From Octopus sinensis (lineage: Eukaryota), in assembly GCF_006345805.1 (NCBI RefSeq), contig NC_042998.1, positions 96,162,001-96,226,000 of the forward strand: a stretch of DNA of 64,000 nucleotides, given 5' to 3'. Position numbers and translations under genes: made by a program. The notes beneath the pieces were generated by a model, which did no database searches, was not told the origin of the DNA, and saw only the letters and a list, made by a program, of their open reading frames with translations. This document shows, piece by piece, positions 26,968 through 40,365 of this stretch (positions within the stretch are counted from its first letter, which is position 1; every line of letters starts with the position of its first letter).

Positions 26968-27752
26968 ACTATTATTACATATGTTTGACTTTTGCTTTGT
27001 ATCTGTACAAGTTGACTCCAAGTCACATCTAGAGACCTCGAGAGACAATAAGTTAGAATTTCAAGTTGGTGTTATGCCTAGGGTGTCATATATTTGGTTT
27101 CGCACATAGTATTGTTCTGGAGAATGTTTAAGAAAACACAAGAAAATTGTGAGTTTGTTTAAAAATTTTGAGATTACATAAATAGCATTTTACGAAGGAT
27201 ATCGGCTGTCCCCATGAGCACTACCTTTTGAAATTCTGCCATTTGGGGTTTTCCTGGTATCTGAGCTACGTAGCAATCAGCCCCTTTCACTATCATTCCT
27301 AGAGCATCTATGACAACAGGTATGGTTTTAGTCTTGAAGTTCCACATTTTGCCAATTTCTATTTCAAGATCTTTATACTAGCTCAGGTTTTGGTAGGTCT
27401 TGACAAATACATTTATGTTGATTGGGACAGTCATATCAATGAGGAAGTATGATTTTTGTCTGAAGTCTTTCAATATAATGTCTGGCCAATTCGCATCTAT
27501 CTTTCTGTTAGTTTGAATGGTGAATGTGATCAATTTCAAGCACTGGAGGTGGTTTGTGTTCCTACCAGTTTTTATTATGGGACAGGTCCAGGTTTTTGCA
27601 AATTACTCAGTAGATATAGTGTGCTACTACTCTATCATGCCTGTTGAGATACTCTGTAGGCGCAAGAAGACTGTACATGATCAATGATTTCATTTTGTTA
27701 TTTACATACACGAACTGTTCGGCAGCTGCCATTCTTTAATATGTTAGCCTCG
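26968..27752 (-). mobile_element. R4/Dong-type (RLE) LINE 3' fragment
   Basis: RVCK*QNEIIDHV..LAPTEYLNRHDRV..WPDIILKD..LIDMTVP..YKDLEIEIGKMW..TIPVVIDALG..FQKVVLMGTADILRKML: zinc-knuckle remnant plus PD-(D/E)xK RLE. About 210-bp 3' UTR. Confidence 0.88.
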
Positions 27753-27928
27753 AAGGCGGCGAGCTGGCAGAAACGTTAGAAAACGGCTCTTTCTCTATTG
27801 CTGAGAAATCTTGAAATGAAACTGAACACTGACATACGTATATACATAAATACATGGAAAGTATGGCTGAACCTGGGAACTTGGAGAGAGAAAGCAAATC
27901 CGTAATCATTACAATAGCTGGTACTAAG

Positions 27929-27959
<31 letters not shown>

Positions 27960-28151
27960 CATTTTAGTTTCTAGAATTCTTCAAATTTAGCCTACTTTAT
28001 GTTTGTGCGAAATTACGGACTGTATCCTGAAATAGCGGATACATTTCCTCGAGTACGGAATTCTGAAACCAGTTTCCGTAGCCTAATATATTACTGTACA
28101 CACACACCACACACACACACACACACGCACGCACGCACGCACGCACACACA

Positions 28152-28184
<33 letters not shown>

Positions 28185-28408
28185 TCACGCTCGCACACAC
28201 GGAGATACATAGAGATAGACACAGATATATACACGCATTTTATAGAAAACCATTGAGAATGTCAACAAATATTTGCACTCAGACTTTGTACTTGATTATT
28301 TTGTGGGGTTTGACTATGAACTCGTAAGCCCAGGACTATGTATAAGTACAGACACTTACATACACGCATACATACAAACATACATACATACAAACATATA
28401 AACGAAGT

Positions 28409-28452
<44 letters not shown>

Positions 28453-28486
28453 ATATATATTGATATATACATATATAAATATAAAT

Positions 28487-28558
<72 letters not shown>

Positions 28559-28565
28559 GTATATG

Positions 28566-28630
<65 letters not shown>

Positions 28631-28731
28631 GTAAACATACATACATAGAATAAGTCCTGGTGTCGATTTATTCGATCAAAGGCGGTGCTCCAACATGGCC
28701 ACAGTCAAATAACTGAAACAAGTAAATGAAT

Positions 28732-28825
<94 letters not shown>

Positions 28826-28984
28826 AAGAGAGAGAGAGAGAGTGAGAGAGAGAGAGTTAGGGTACATTACGTCCAATGACGTATGTGATAATGTTTTCGC
28901 AGGCTTTGACCTCATAATTCGTGGCCATGCTCCAACATGCTCACAACAAATGACAAACAAGTAAATGAATGATAGATCGCTAGC

Positions 28985-29150
28985 CACTACACATTCTTTA
29001 TTTTCTGTCCTTTTTTCTTTCTGTGTTCCTTTCTGCGGAAGAGCGTAGGCTCGAAACGTTAAAGACTTTTTCACTTTCCGGGCGTTACACTAATACATCT
29101 ATTTGTTGTCTACACCACCTGACTTCGTTTTGTTTTTTGTGAATTCTCCG
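28985..29150 (+). mobile_element. Penelope-like terminal repeat with hammerhead-like motif (29029-29064)
   Basis: CUUU-CUGCGGA-A-GAGC(guag)GCUC-GAA-ACGU-U-AAAG; homologue at 13278-13404. Confidence 0.6.
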
Positions 29151-29181
<31 letters not shown>

Positions 29182-29861
29182 ATGTATGTATGTATGTATG
29201 TATGTATGTATGTATGTATGTATTTATGTATGTATGTATGTATGTATGTATGTATGTATGTATGTATGTATGTATGTATGTATGTGTGTATGGAGAGAGA
29301 GAGAGAGAGAGAGACAGTTTGGGTACATTACGTCTAATGACGTAATGTGATATGTATGTTTTCGCAGGCTTTCCACTCATAATTTTCTCTCTCCCCCTCT
29401 CTCTCTCTCTCTGACGATGTATCCTTAATTAGAGTATTCCTTAATTATTCCCCACTGAAGAGACGGTATAGTTGAATTATATGGAAATTGTTGCTCCCTG
29501 GTTTATACACTATTCTAGAAACAGCTGTAGGAAACTTTATGCATTACGCCTTGATTCATTATTTACGGTAACAATTCTGTAATTATGCTTGTGTTATAAA
29601 TTGCATGCTCTAAAGTGATACCATATGTTATGCTTGTTCACACACATATGTATTTCAGCAGTATCAACGCTAAGCATTGTTTAAGCATAAGCAAACTTTG
29701 GGTCAATTAAAATATGTTTGTGATATATTTTAACTACTAAAGGCAAATTCTCTGTCAGCTTTCGTAGCGAAACATTCTTTCTTATTATAAAAGGGTGTAA
29801 AACGCCACATTTGTCCTGTAATGTACTCTGTCGGATTTCTAGACGCGTTTATAGATATTTA

Positions 29862-30016
29862 GCCGTTATCAATGGGAAATATCAAAGAGTGACAACTCGG
29901 GACATACAGCCTAATGGTGCAACACAGCCAATGTTGTTGACTTAGTTTTAGTTAAAACCACAGCATCAAGTCTGACTAGAGTTGCGTCTCTTCGATATTT
30001 CCCATTGATAAAGGGC
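29862..30016. mobile_element. 155-bp MITE-like element, about 36-bp imperfect TIRs, TA on both flanks
   Basis: Left GCCGTTATCAATGGGAAATATCAAAGAGTGACAACTC vs reverse-complemented right GCCCTTTATCAATGGGAAATATCGAAGAGACGCAACTC (18-bp perfect core). TA at 29860-61 and 30017-18. Confidence 0.7.
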
Positions 30017-31599
30017 TAGGAACGCGATTGGGAATCCGACAGGGGGCAGCACTGGACAAATATGGTGTTTTTACATCTTTTTATCAAAAAGGTGACTGCT
30101 GTGAATTTACCTTTAGAAGTTGAAATAAGTCACAAACATATTTTAACTAACCTAAAGTTAGCTTACCTACACATACACACGCATACACACACATGCATAC
30201 GCATACACGCACACACACATACACGCACACACACACACACACAACGTTATATTAATAACTGAGTTGTTAAATTCTCTGGATATATTTTATAGCGATTATA
30301 CACAAATTCAATATATATTGTAGAGACTGGTTAAACAAACAGATGTAATGGCAGTTGTAACTATCTTGATTACCACTTGAGTTTGGCATTCTCATAGATG
30401 AAGGGAGGACAGAATCTTAGTTTTAAAGGTTTAAGTTAACTAGGTTCTCCTTTTTTCTTTTTGCTCTAATCGCTGGGAAGTGACGTCTCTATGCGAAATT
30501 AAAAAAGAATCACGTGATGCCAAAAATAAAAACATAACCCTCATTTTGTATGATATCCAATTGAATCTTAATACTGTTAACCCAAACTTTATTTTTCTTT
30601 ACTTAGAAATGTGAAGACAATGAATGGATCGAATAAATTCGCAGTTGGTTATTTATTTCGTTTCGTCGCATAGCTGACTTGACAATCATTTTGATCTGGC
30701 GATAGCGTATGACGGACTGGGAAACACATTTGGGTTATGGACTGACACAGAGTGGCGGATTGACCAAATCGTCAGATCTTTTGTGCAAAAAAACGCTTTG
30801 TAGTATTTAGTTATGTTCTCTTGTGATACCACTTCGAATACTGCCGGGATCGACTTAACCGTTCTTCTTTCTAGTTTAATAAAATAAATTATTAAATTAT
30901 CACCCAAGAACCAGGGTAGTAGTAATCAACCAGACCCCTACTTAGATTTGGGATCTTGCGCCTATACTATAAATTATTGTTATATATTAAGACAAAAAGT
31001 TAAATTCCCCAAAGTGAAAAAGATATCTCTAAACTAGTTTAGTAATTTATTATTATAGTGATCTATTATTTAATGTAATGAGTGATGTAATAATGATGAA
31101 AGTTCCCAACTCTGAACAGATTGATTAGAATAGATATGTCATGAGTTTAATGTTCATTGACGATGGTGCGACTTTTGTTGACTCATACTAGAAATCCAAG
31201 AGTTCTTCAGAGTTATCCAAAATGAAAATATTTGCTATGGTGAGAGCTTCGGCTAATAATTCAATAGATTGAGTAAGATTGGCACAGTTAACTAAATGTA
31301 AATTATAGATATGAGGAAAGAAATTGCTGTCTTAAAAGTTCCAGTTTAAATATGGCAGTGTGTGTTTGTAGGAAGGTGTAACTGTTATTTCTCGCAAGTG
31401 AAGTGAATGTATAAGGTTCCTTACTTTGCTCGTCAAGCGTTAGATTATAAGATTGGTGCTTTAATGATCTGAGGTATAGAGTTTTCTTTTCCATTTATGT
31501 ATTTTGGTGTAATAATAAGGAAATGCTGCTGCTACCTACACAAACATGCTACACAAAATTTTGATTTCCTACCGGCCGAAAATATATCTCTCAGAACGC

Positions 31600-32140
31600 A
31601 CTACAACCACTGTCCCTTAGGCACGTTATCATCCCTCTGCTTATTATAACGGTCCCTGTTCCTCTCTGGACTAGTTAGATGCACACCACCTCCACCGAAA
31701 TGTACATGGCACAGCTCTTCCCTTTTTACTACTGCTGCTCCGTCACAACTCCATCACAATTAACCAGTATGTCGCAGAACATCTTCCCACAACTCTGGTA
31801 TTCCATTTTTCCCTGCATGATTTCCTGCAGACATAGACTTAGCGATGATCAACAGTAACAAAAACTTCACTAATCCTGTCAGAATTGAAGAGTCTCTTAA
31901 ATTCTCGGGCACAGCCCCTTTCTTCCGAGCAAGCCATCTAAAAGTAGGACATCTCATCGCATACCGAATTCCACATATATCGATCATCACTTTGCCTATG
32001 CTGTTATATAGCACTGAATCATAGATACTAATTACTCGCAAACGATTTGGATATGTTGGAAGTCATTCAAATGGCATAGTTCCACCAAATCCCCAGAATG
32101 CTGCAGACGAAGTAACTCTTACCAGCCGACCATTCCTGAA
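31600..32140 (+). mobile_element. Very decayed RTE-like RT fragment
   Basis: LPMLLYSTES* motif and a weak LSDD (YADD-like) remnant. Confidence 0.35.
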
Positions 32141-32463
32141 TTAATTTAGAAACAACAGTTGCAGGTCTGCAACAAGATTGTAATTCTTCCTTGAACTTTG
32201 CATTGCAAACTACTTAAACGTCACAGACCGCAAGAGCTAAAAATATCAACAACACAAAAAAAAAAGAGCGTTGAACAAAATTCTGGCTGTGAATGATTTA
32301 GAAATAATTTGGATAAACTAAAGATAAGAAATAACGTTGCTGAACATATGGCAAAGCAGTGGCAGGCGTCGAAGGAAATTGTCCGTGGATGATAGGCATT
32401 TAACGGAGGAAAGAGAGCAATAGAGATATCCTAAAACCATTCTCTATCACGATAAGAACACAT

Positions 32464-32498
<35 letters not shown>

Positions 32499-32586
32499 AC
32501 ATATATAGGTATGTATATATATATTTGTATATGTACATATACGTGTATGTATGTATGAATGTGTGTGTGTGTGTCTGTGTGCGTGC

Positions 32587-32763
32587 TTGTAATTCAAGAG
32601 ACCGGATTTGTCACTTTCTGTGTCGTGCTGAATCTCTCTGAGAACTTCATTAAGAGTACGCGCGTCTGTAAATTGCTCAGCCACTTGCAAGCTAATTTTA
32701 CGAACAGGCTGTTCCATTGCTCGAATCAATTGGAAACCTCGTCGTCGTAACCGACGGAGTGCC
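32587..32763 (+). mobile_element. SINE 3' half (tail ...CGTAACCGACGGAGTGCC)
   Basis: Homologous to the inverted copy at about 45945-46110 and to about 16470-16600. Confidence 0.8.
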
Positions 32764-32769
32764 AATGAT

Positions 32770-32813
<44 letters not shown>

Positions 32814-33169
32814 TGTGTGTGTGTGTTTTATGTGTGTGTATGTCTGTTCAACGTGCTTTATTAGTACTCTGAACGGATTTCGTCACACGTAATATTTTCG
32901 TGCATAGTTTCACTCACACTCCAAATTACGTATTATGGAATGTTTCTCAAAACAACAGACGATAAATATGGCAAAATAATATAATAAAAACAATTCAATA
33001 AATCTATTCAAAGTAATTCTGTAAATTATACTCTGGCTGATTTTTATTCACCTTGTTACATAAATAAGCAAAAAGCAGCCAGCCTTTTCCTCGGGATAAA
33101 TCTGTATTTTTGACAAAATACAAACTTTTCAGTCCTATCCGCATTGCCTTTTTCATTTCTTTTATATTT

Positions 33170-34480
33170 TTTATGACTTAGAGTAGGAGGATAGTGTCCA
33201 TGAATTCAAGCTGTCTCCAACGGATGAAAGTAGTGTTCGGTTTTTGCATCTGTAGGTGGATATCTATTGAGAAAATACTTCTAGGGTAGAAGCATCATTT
33301 GAGGGGTTTTGTTTAGATTCCGGGAAGGGGGATGCTGTGAGAACGATGAGGGCGAAGAGACTGGTGTACAGACTGAATCTGTAGATAGCTTGTTCGGAGG
33401 AAGAGCTCTTTGAATTATGATAGTAAAATGAGGGAGAAGAAACAACACATCTGTAATTTAATAGTTATAGCATGCTGGTGAGTAGATGTTTGCTAATTAG
33501 CCGAATGGTCTTGTTTTGAATATTATTCTGGATACGTTTGCATAATAACAGCGCTGCCCAGGCTATGTGAACAATATATATTCCAATGTAGAGCGCACAT
33601 TAGCTTTGCAAAGAGTCTTCAGCGATATAGTATTTCTGACACTGAAGAGGAAGCTAATTGCTTGTGATGCAATTCTAGAACTGTTATTTATATGTGGTAT
33701 TGTCATTGGATAATTTGATGCCAAACACCCAGTATTTATAATGACTTCGAGGACTTCAATTATGTTATTTATGTGATGAAAGGATGTGGTATTATACTAC
33801 TTCCTTGATGCTTGTAGCAATTGTCTTTGTACTGCTGGAGGAAACTAAGTTGTATTATTTTCATTGAAGAATAATTTCACTACCTACATTTATTGGCCAA
33901 TGCAAGACTTGTGTGTTGTTTTAGTAGTATGTAGATGACAGCTATGTACAGAAGATAAAGATGTAAAATTTAAAATCATCTACACAGTAGTGTGTTATTT
34001 GAAGTAAGACGTTGAATGTAAAAAGAAGCCAATGTGAGAGAAAGACATATCTGAAACTTAGTAAATAGCAGCATTAACGAAAACCGGGCAGGAGAGACCC
34101 CACTAAAAATGCTCCAATAGAGCAGTCTATTGGGAAACATAAAAATGAGAGACGAATGGAGTCCATAAGTAGACCAACTTAATCAGAAGATTCTCATACT
34201 TGACACAGTGGAAGACTGCGAGTATAAAATACAACAGTATTATATAATTTTTCGTTCTCGAAGACTAAAGATGACCAGGGTGTTACGTAAGAGAGCAAAT
34301 CTTTGCTACCTGATTCTTCAGAAGCTGTTGGTCAATGAAAAGGGAGAAAAACTCAAGGTGGCGAAAGAAGTGCTTTTGCTTTACGAGTGTTGTCGTGAGA
34401 ATGATAGGTGTATAGTTTATAGACCAAAGATGTTGCTCAGCTTTGGAAGAGGACACACTAGCGTGATTCTATGAGTTACT
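33170..34480 (-). mobile_element. Decayed CR1/L2-type LINE with internal deletion
   Basis: CVDDFKF (YADD-like) near 33980; KYWVFG; PHINNSSRIASQAISFLFSVRNTISLKTLCKANVRSTLEY near 33580-33700. Confidence 0.65.
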
Positions 34481-34952
34481 ATAAATCTCAGGAGAGAGAG
34501 AGAGAGAGTGATCGGGTAGGGAGGGGAATAAGATCCCTTTCTTTGATGCACATTGTTTGAAGGAAATAGAATATCGCTGGAAACTGTTTTGTTATGTTAA
34601 AGCGAAAGAATAAGTTTTTCTCTTTGAAGACTGTGTATGTGCTGGTTAAACGTATTGAGTACAGGAAAATAAGAGATTGTAAAGTAATTTTGTTTAATGT
34701 CTGCAGTATAGATTCGGAACCAAAACAAGAAATAAATGTGGTGGTTCTTTCAACGGGAATGGTGCTTGAAGACCCAGCTTGGTCAAAGACATGAAAGCAT
34801 AAGAATTCTATTAAGTTCGAAGAAGCTGTCTTAGCAAGAAATCAGAAGACTACTGAGAGAATTGGAACTTTGCAGGTTTTATGGTGTATAGAAGCATCCT
34901 TTGCTTTTCTGATACTTGTTTAGCAGTAATTTTTATGATGGCTCAACGGTTG

Positions 34953-34984
<32 letters not shown>

Positions 34985-35049
34985 GGTGGTGGGTGTAATT
35001 CTTCCATCTGTTTTAGGCAGCGTGTTGTCTGAATCGCTGCGGCAAAGCT

Positions 35050-35650
35050 ACGATTGAATCATTCGTGGTAGCTTAAGATACAAGTGTTCTGATTTTATGA
35101 AAAATATGGAGAGCCATAACTTGGTGAATAGCTTTGTTAACCAGCCCCAGCTCTCTCGGATAGGCCCGGGATGACTCATACTATCCTCTTGGAGATAAAT
35201 GGAATAGAAATAGTTGAACTCAGGCCAGTAAACAGAATTGAAATATCTGATTGTCAAAGCGTTAAGTATTTTATTGCCTTGATTAGGCGATGGACAGACG
35301 GCCTAGTTTGTCAAGAAACAGTTCTGATCTATTAAAAGATGGAGCTGAAGGTAATATAGTAAGTGAATGATTTTAGAGAGCTAATGCGTTTGGCATAGAT
35401 AAGGGTGAGTGAGGTTATTAACTGTATAGAATGATGGTTGATTTAACATCAGCACCAGTAGCGTCGGTGTGTGAGTAAATAATAACCAAGAGGAGTTGTA
35501 GGCATTGCCGCCACTAGAGGTAATGACAGCAGAGAGATGTGAAATGGATTCCTCAATGCAAGACAAATGAAAGTCAAACAACAGTTGACAGGTCAAATAT
35601 CTCTAAGAATGTTGAACTTCAAAGAAAGCAAAGTGTAGAAGTCTTTGTCG
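35050..35650 (-). mobile_element. Decayed CR1/L2-type LINE endonuclease/linker fragment
   Basis: SHLSAVITSSGGNAYNSSWL resembles the APE motif HPSAVI..GDFNAHNSSWL. Confidence 0.5.
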
Positions 35651-36598
35651 CATAAAGGAACAATGAAACATTTTCAACCAGAGTAATTGGAAACTTTTGC
35701 AGCAAATTATCAACTGCTGATTAGTTTAATTAGTTTTGAAACTTTCATTTATTATTCTCACAATCTCGAACCAGAATGCCATTGTTAGTAAAATAGAAAT
35801 ATTTTGTCTGGTGTAACTACCAAACATTTCAGTTCAGTTTTGTTCTTTGACCCGCCTCAATTCAATTAGCTGACACAACTGAACGTTTGAGGGAATAAAC
35901 AATTTAAGTTTTCCAAGTTTTCATTATATTTTACTCATTAGTTTCCTAAAAGACATGTTGAAATGAGATAACTTTACACTTTAAAATATGTTTGACTAAG
36001 CATGTTATATGTTACGAAAAGGATCGAGAGATTTTAAAATTAATAATTTCGTGTCGACGAAGACTGGTTATTTAAATTCGCTTAAGTCTTATTCCTGCAA
36101 ATAATGTCAGTTAATCCTTCTCCTTTAGTTTCTTTAGGCACCGAATGGTGTTTTCTTATAACGAAGATAGTATTACAAGATTTGGATCTTTCTAGTTATC
36201 GTCACTGCATGTCGAAATCTTTTTTAAAAATTCATAATGTATCGTCATATAAATGTAATTTGTGACGGTGATTCTGAATTTTTTATTCATTTATTGCAGA
36301 AAAATTTTGCGGAAATGTTATAGGTGTTCAAAGTTTGATCATTAGAATTTTCGGCCGATCAGAAAACAGCGCGTCCGCTGCTTCTTCCATCATCTGTCAC
36401 AGTAGTGAGAAAGGGGCCTAGGAGGGGAGCACCGGCATGTCAAAACATTTAACTAGTTACAATAAAGAGTAAAAAGCATAAAAAGATTCGCGAGTAAATT
36501 AAATATTTAAAAGCTACGAGCAAACCAACAGGAGTTTCTAAAAATAACAGTCAAAACATTACTTAAAACAGATATTTATTAGTTTAAAAAAAAACAAC

Positions 36599-36790
36599 TC
36601 AAGAATGAAAGTTAGCAATACACTCTAGGATTTTATAAAATAAATTATCTTTCTCATATCTCCTTCTCCACATAAATTCACAGAGATAAGAGTCAACCAT
36701 GGAACGGTGTGTCCCATAGCGTCGTTTGTTTCCACGCTTTAAAGCTGCCCAGGTACTCTGAACTTGTTGATTACACTCAATTTGGTGGCT
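36599..36790 (-). pseudogene. Merlin (IS1595-like) transposase C-terminal fragment
   Basis: QQVQSTWAALKRGNKRRYGTHRSMVDSYLCEFMWRRRYEKDNLFYKILECIA: the HTQ.IES.W..KR / YL.EFMWRRR / LF..IL..IA signature. Confidence 0.8.
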
Positions 36791-38992
36791 ACACTCCTTT
36801 TTGTGCACGCACAGCATCTTTCATTACTAAGGAAACAGAGTTCTTCGCAATCAGTTATGGAACACGTGATGCTTCTTTGCTTAATATGCTATCAGAACTT
36901 CACGGTGATGTGTAAAATACTGGCTTCTGATTGGCTAGAATAATCAAATTTTGAAATTTTAAAAGCTAATAACATTTTAATTATGAATTTATAAGAAAAA
37001 TGAATTTCATTTTCATAATTAGTATCCAAAACTTAATTCTATATACCAAATTTGAAAACAAATGGAACAAAATTGTAGACAGAGACGATAAACACAAAGT
37101 TCCCAAGATCTTTCAACATACAAAATCATGAATTTTTTCATAACTCTATATTTACACACTATTATTTATAATTTAATCTGCTTCGAGTTTTGCAGTTCCA
37201 AAAATAATTATTTCACATTCTACAGAAGCTTTCAAATTCTTGTGACACATCTTAAAGAAGTTTTAAAATATGGTAACCGTAATCATTAGAATATTCTAAT
37301 AAAATCTCATAAGATACATGTTCGCTCGATAATAGTCAATTGAACCAGTAATCAGGAACTAGTCGATGGAAAAACTTGGATGTGAGTCATATAACCAATA
37401 CTGTGTTGTTTTGGGTCACATGTCCTCTAATTTGTCGATACGCAAGTAATTTGATAATTTTTTACTTGTTACATACGGAAATATTCATCAGTTATCCGAT
37501 TAAATTCTTTATCACTTAGCTCTGTTTCCCGTAAATGGAGATACTTGTCCAGTAAACAGAGATAAATACTGCGAAATTAAGGTCTAATCTGTGGACAGTC
37601 ATGTACAAGAATTTTCGGATAGAATTATCCATATTTCCTTACTTGATAATTCATGAAGGTAATATTTTTTACCTATATATTGAGTTATGGCTTCTTGGAG
37701 AAATCATATATTCAAATATTGAGTGGAATGTTGGCTATACTCAAACACAGTGTAAAATGCCGATGTAAGATATTTCCTTCTCTTAACTGTTCGCATTGAA
37801 TGTGAGGTAACGTAATTATCAAGCCTTTTTGCTTGGATCACGATAATGATCAAGAAATGCAGAATATCAAATGATTGGAAAGAACATTAAATAATGTAAT
37901 GATTATCACAGACGTGTTGGGGGTGATATCGGATATCTCACAGAGAGAGAGAGAGGAGGGAGAGGGAGAGAGAGAGAGAGAGAGAGTGTGTGTGTGTGTA
38001 TGTGTGTGTGTATGTGTGTGTGAGAAAGAGAGAGAGAGACAGACAGACGGACAGACAGAGGGAGAGGGAAGAGGGAAAGAACGGCAATAAAAGCTGAACA
38101 CCAGCTGAATAAATTAGTTACGGTGCTACATAGAAACGACAGGACTCCGCCTAGCTGAGTACAACTCAAATACAAGCAATGATGACTAATAAAACATTTT
38201 TTTTTTATCATACTGTATTAGATAGTTTTAGTTATACTAAAGGGATCTGTGTTATGAATATCTGTAGGAAGGATTAAAATGGGAAAGGTAATAGCTTTTT
38301 CCCTGAAACAGTGTATGGCCATTTGGTGTAGATCTTAACGACATTCAAGAAGAAGGCAAGCGTTACCACTGATATAATTCATTCTATGAAATGCTTCAGT
38401 AAAGAGAAAAGTATTATAAAACAATAGGGTAAAAACAGAGAAAAAAAAAACTTTCGAATCAGAGAAACCTTAATATGGTAAAATGACATTTCAGAGATCT
38501 GGTTAATATCAGCTGAACCAGAATTTTTGTTTTATAGTCTGTATAGTGGAAGTAATCGTTACGAATAACTGCGCTTAAAAAAGGCAACTAAATCCACATT
38601 AAATTCTTTGTAACCCTTTCTAATTTTGGCACAAGTCCAACAATGTTAGCGAGTTGGTTAGTCAACAGAAACCATTGTTTAATTTTGATTAAACCACATT
38701 AAATTAAAATTCATGATCAGCAATTATATTATATTCGATGAGGAATCAATCTTGCTGAGCAAAAATTAAGCCTCTGGGAAAATCTTCTGCAGATTGTTAT
38801 TGATTCTCATCTCAGATTAATTTAACTCACATTCGTTGCTAATGTCCGCCAGCAAGGCTTGAAGATAAGCTCTTGGCATTCTTTCTCAGATTATTTTGGA
38901 ATTTTGTGTCTACGTAAGCAATAACTATTGATAAGTTGATGGTATCTTCGAAGTAACACAAGGAAGAAAATCAGTAAACTATATTTATTATC

Positions 38993-39295
38993 GTGGAGGC
39001 ACATGGTCTAGTGGTTAGAGCCACGGACTCGTGGTCGAGGGATCGCGGATTCGAATCTCAGACCGGGCGATGTGTGTGTTTATGAGCGAAAACACCTAAG
39101 CTCCACGCGGCTCCGGCAGAAGGTAATGGCGAACTTCTGCTGTCTCTTTCGCCATAACTTTCTCTCACTCTTTCCTCCTGCATCTTGCAGCTCACCTGCG
39201 ACATACCGGCGTCCCGTCCAGGTGGGGATACTATACGCCAAGGAAACCAGGAAACAGGTCCTTATGAGCCAGGCATGGCTCGAGAAGGAACAAAC
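38993..39295 (+). mobile_element. tRNA-derived SINE, family D
   Basis: A box TGGTCTAGTGG, B box GATTCGAATC. Imperfect 12-bp TSD ATATTTATTATC/ATACTCATTATC. Inverted homologue at 41097. Confidence 0.88.
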
Positions 39296-40014
39296 ATACT
39301 CATTATCGAAACTGGTGATACCAGTGTAAATATGCTCTTTAGAAGCATTAGTTTTAGTTTAGACACAGATGTTTGTATTTCAACTACAGACAGATACTAC
39401 GTACTTATTTTGGAATAAGGAACTTAATAATCTTCGAAGTTTAGAAATAGAGGTTCATGTTTCGAATCCAGTCTGATGTTATTTACATATTTTAGAATAA
39501 GAAGCTTAGTGATGTCTGGAGACCAAACTGAACAAAACATACTGTAAATAAAAAAATAAAAAAAACATTAAAAAGAATTAGTGTAACGATAACGTTGATA
39601 GACCGAAAAAATATAATCGTATTAACGACATCTTATTTCTGACATTTCGACATTTAAGCACAAACATGGTGTTTGAATACTTTATCTCTATAATACTTGA
39701 AGTTGCAAGAAGGCTATCAAACACAGGATGAAATTAAAGTTAAAGAGAAAATTATGAAACTTAGAACAAAACATTGTTAATTCACGCATTCATCTGGTCC
39801 AAAGTTTCACCAATATAATTATCTTTGTTGTTGCTGTCTTTGTTGTGCAGCCCCAACCAAACCCTAATCGATCAAGCAATTCAACTGTGATCATCCTGTT
39901 TTTTTTTTTTAGGTGTAGTATACCTTGGACAACAGTGTTCAATGTAACCGTTTCTAAGAAAGCGGGGGTGGGATTCAAGGAAGATTTGGTAGTTATTTCT
40001 AACAAGTCGAGTAA

Positions 40015-40050
40015 CTACGATGATGATTGTGGGGACGATGGTGGTGGTGG

Positions 40051-40081
<31 letters not shown>

Positions 40082-40190
40082 AATGATGAGGACGACGATG
40101 ACGACGACTACGACGACGACAACGACGACGACAACGACGACAACGATGATGACGAAGACGATAATAATGATGATGATGATGATGATGATT

Positions 40191-40221
<31 letters not shown>

Positions 40222-40325
40222 CGCTGCTGCTGAGGATGATGATGATGAGGAGGAGGAGGATGACGATGACGATGACGACGACAACGACGACTACGATGAA
40301 GATGAGGATGATAATGATGATGATA

Positions 40326-40364
<39 letters not shown>

Positions 40365-40365
40365 C
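40015..40365. repeat. Compound (GAT/GAC/GAG)n trinucleotide microsatellite
   Basis: Direct reading; gives poly-D, poly-M/T and poly-I ORFs in different frames. Confidence 0.95.

Noticed and set aside
30678-30803. 41-codon frame LDNHFDLAIAYDGLGNTF... with TPR-like start
   Set aside because: Bounded by stops, the nearest AG acceptor gives a stop in all three phases, and the second TPR helix pattern is absent.
32400-32765. Protein-looking ORF MALRRLRRRGFQLIRAMEQPVRKISLQ... as a host exon
   Set aside because: It is the antisense reading of a SINE 3' half; homologous copies lie at about 45945-46110 and 16470-16600.
38993-39070. tRNA genes at SINE heads
   Set aside because: A/B boxes are present, but they run directly into SINE bodies with TSDs and no complete cloverleaf or acceptor stem.
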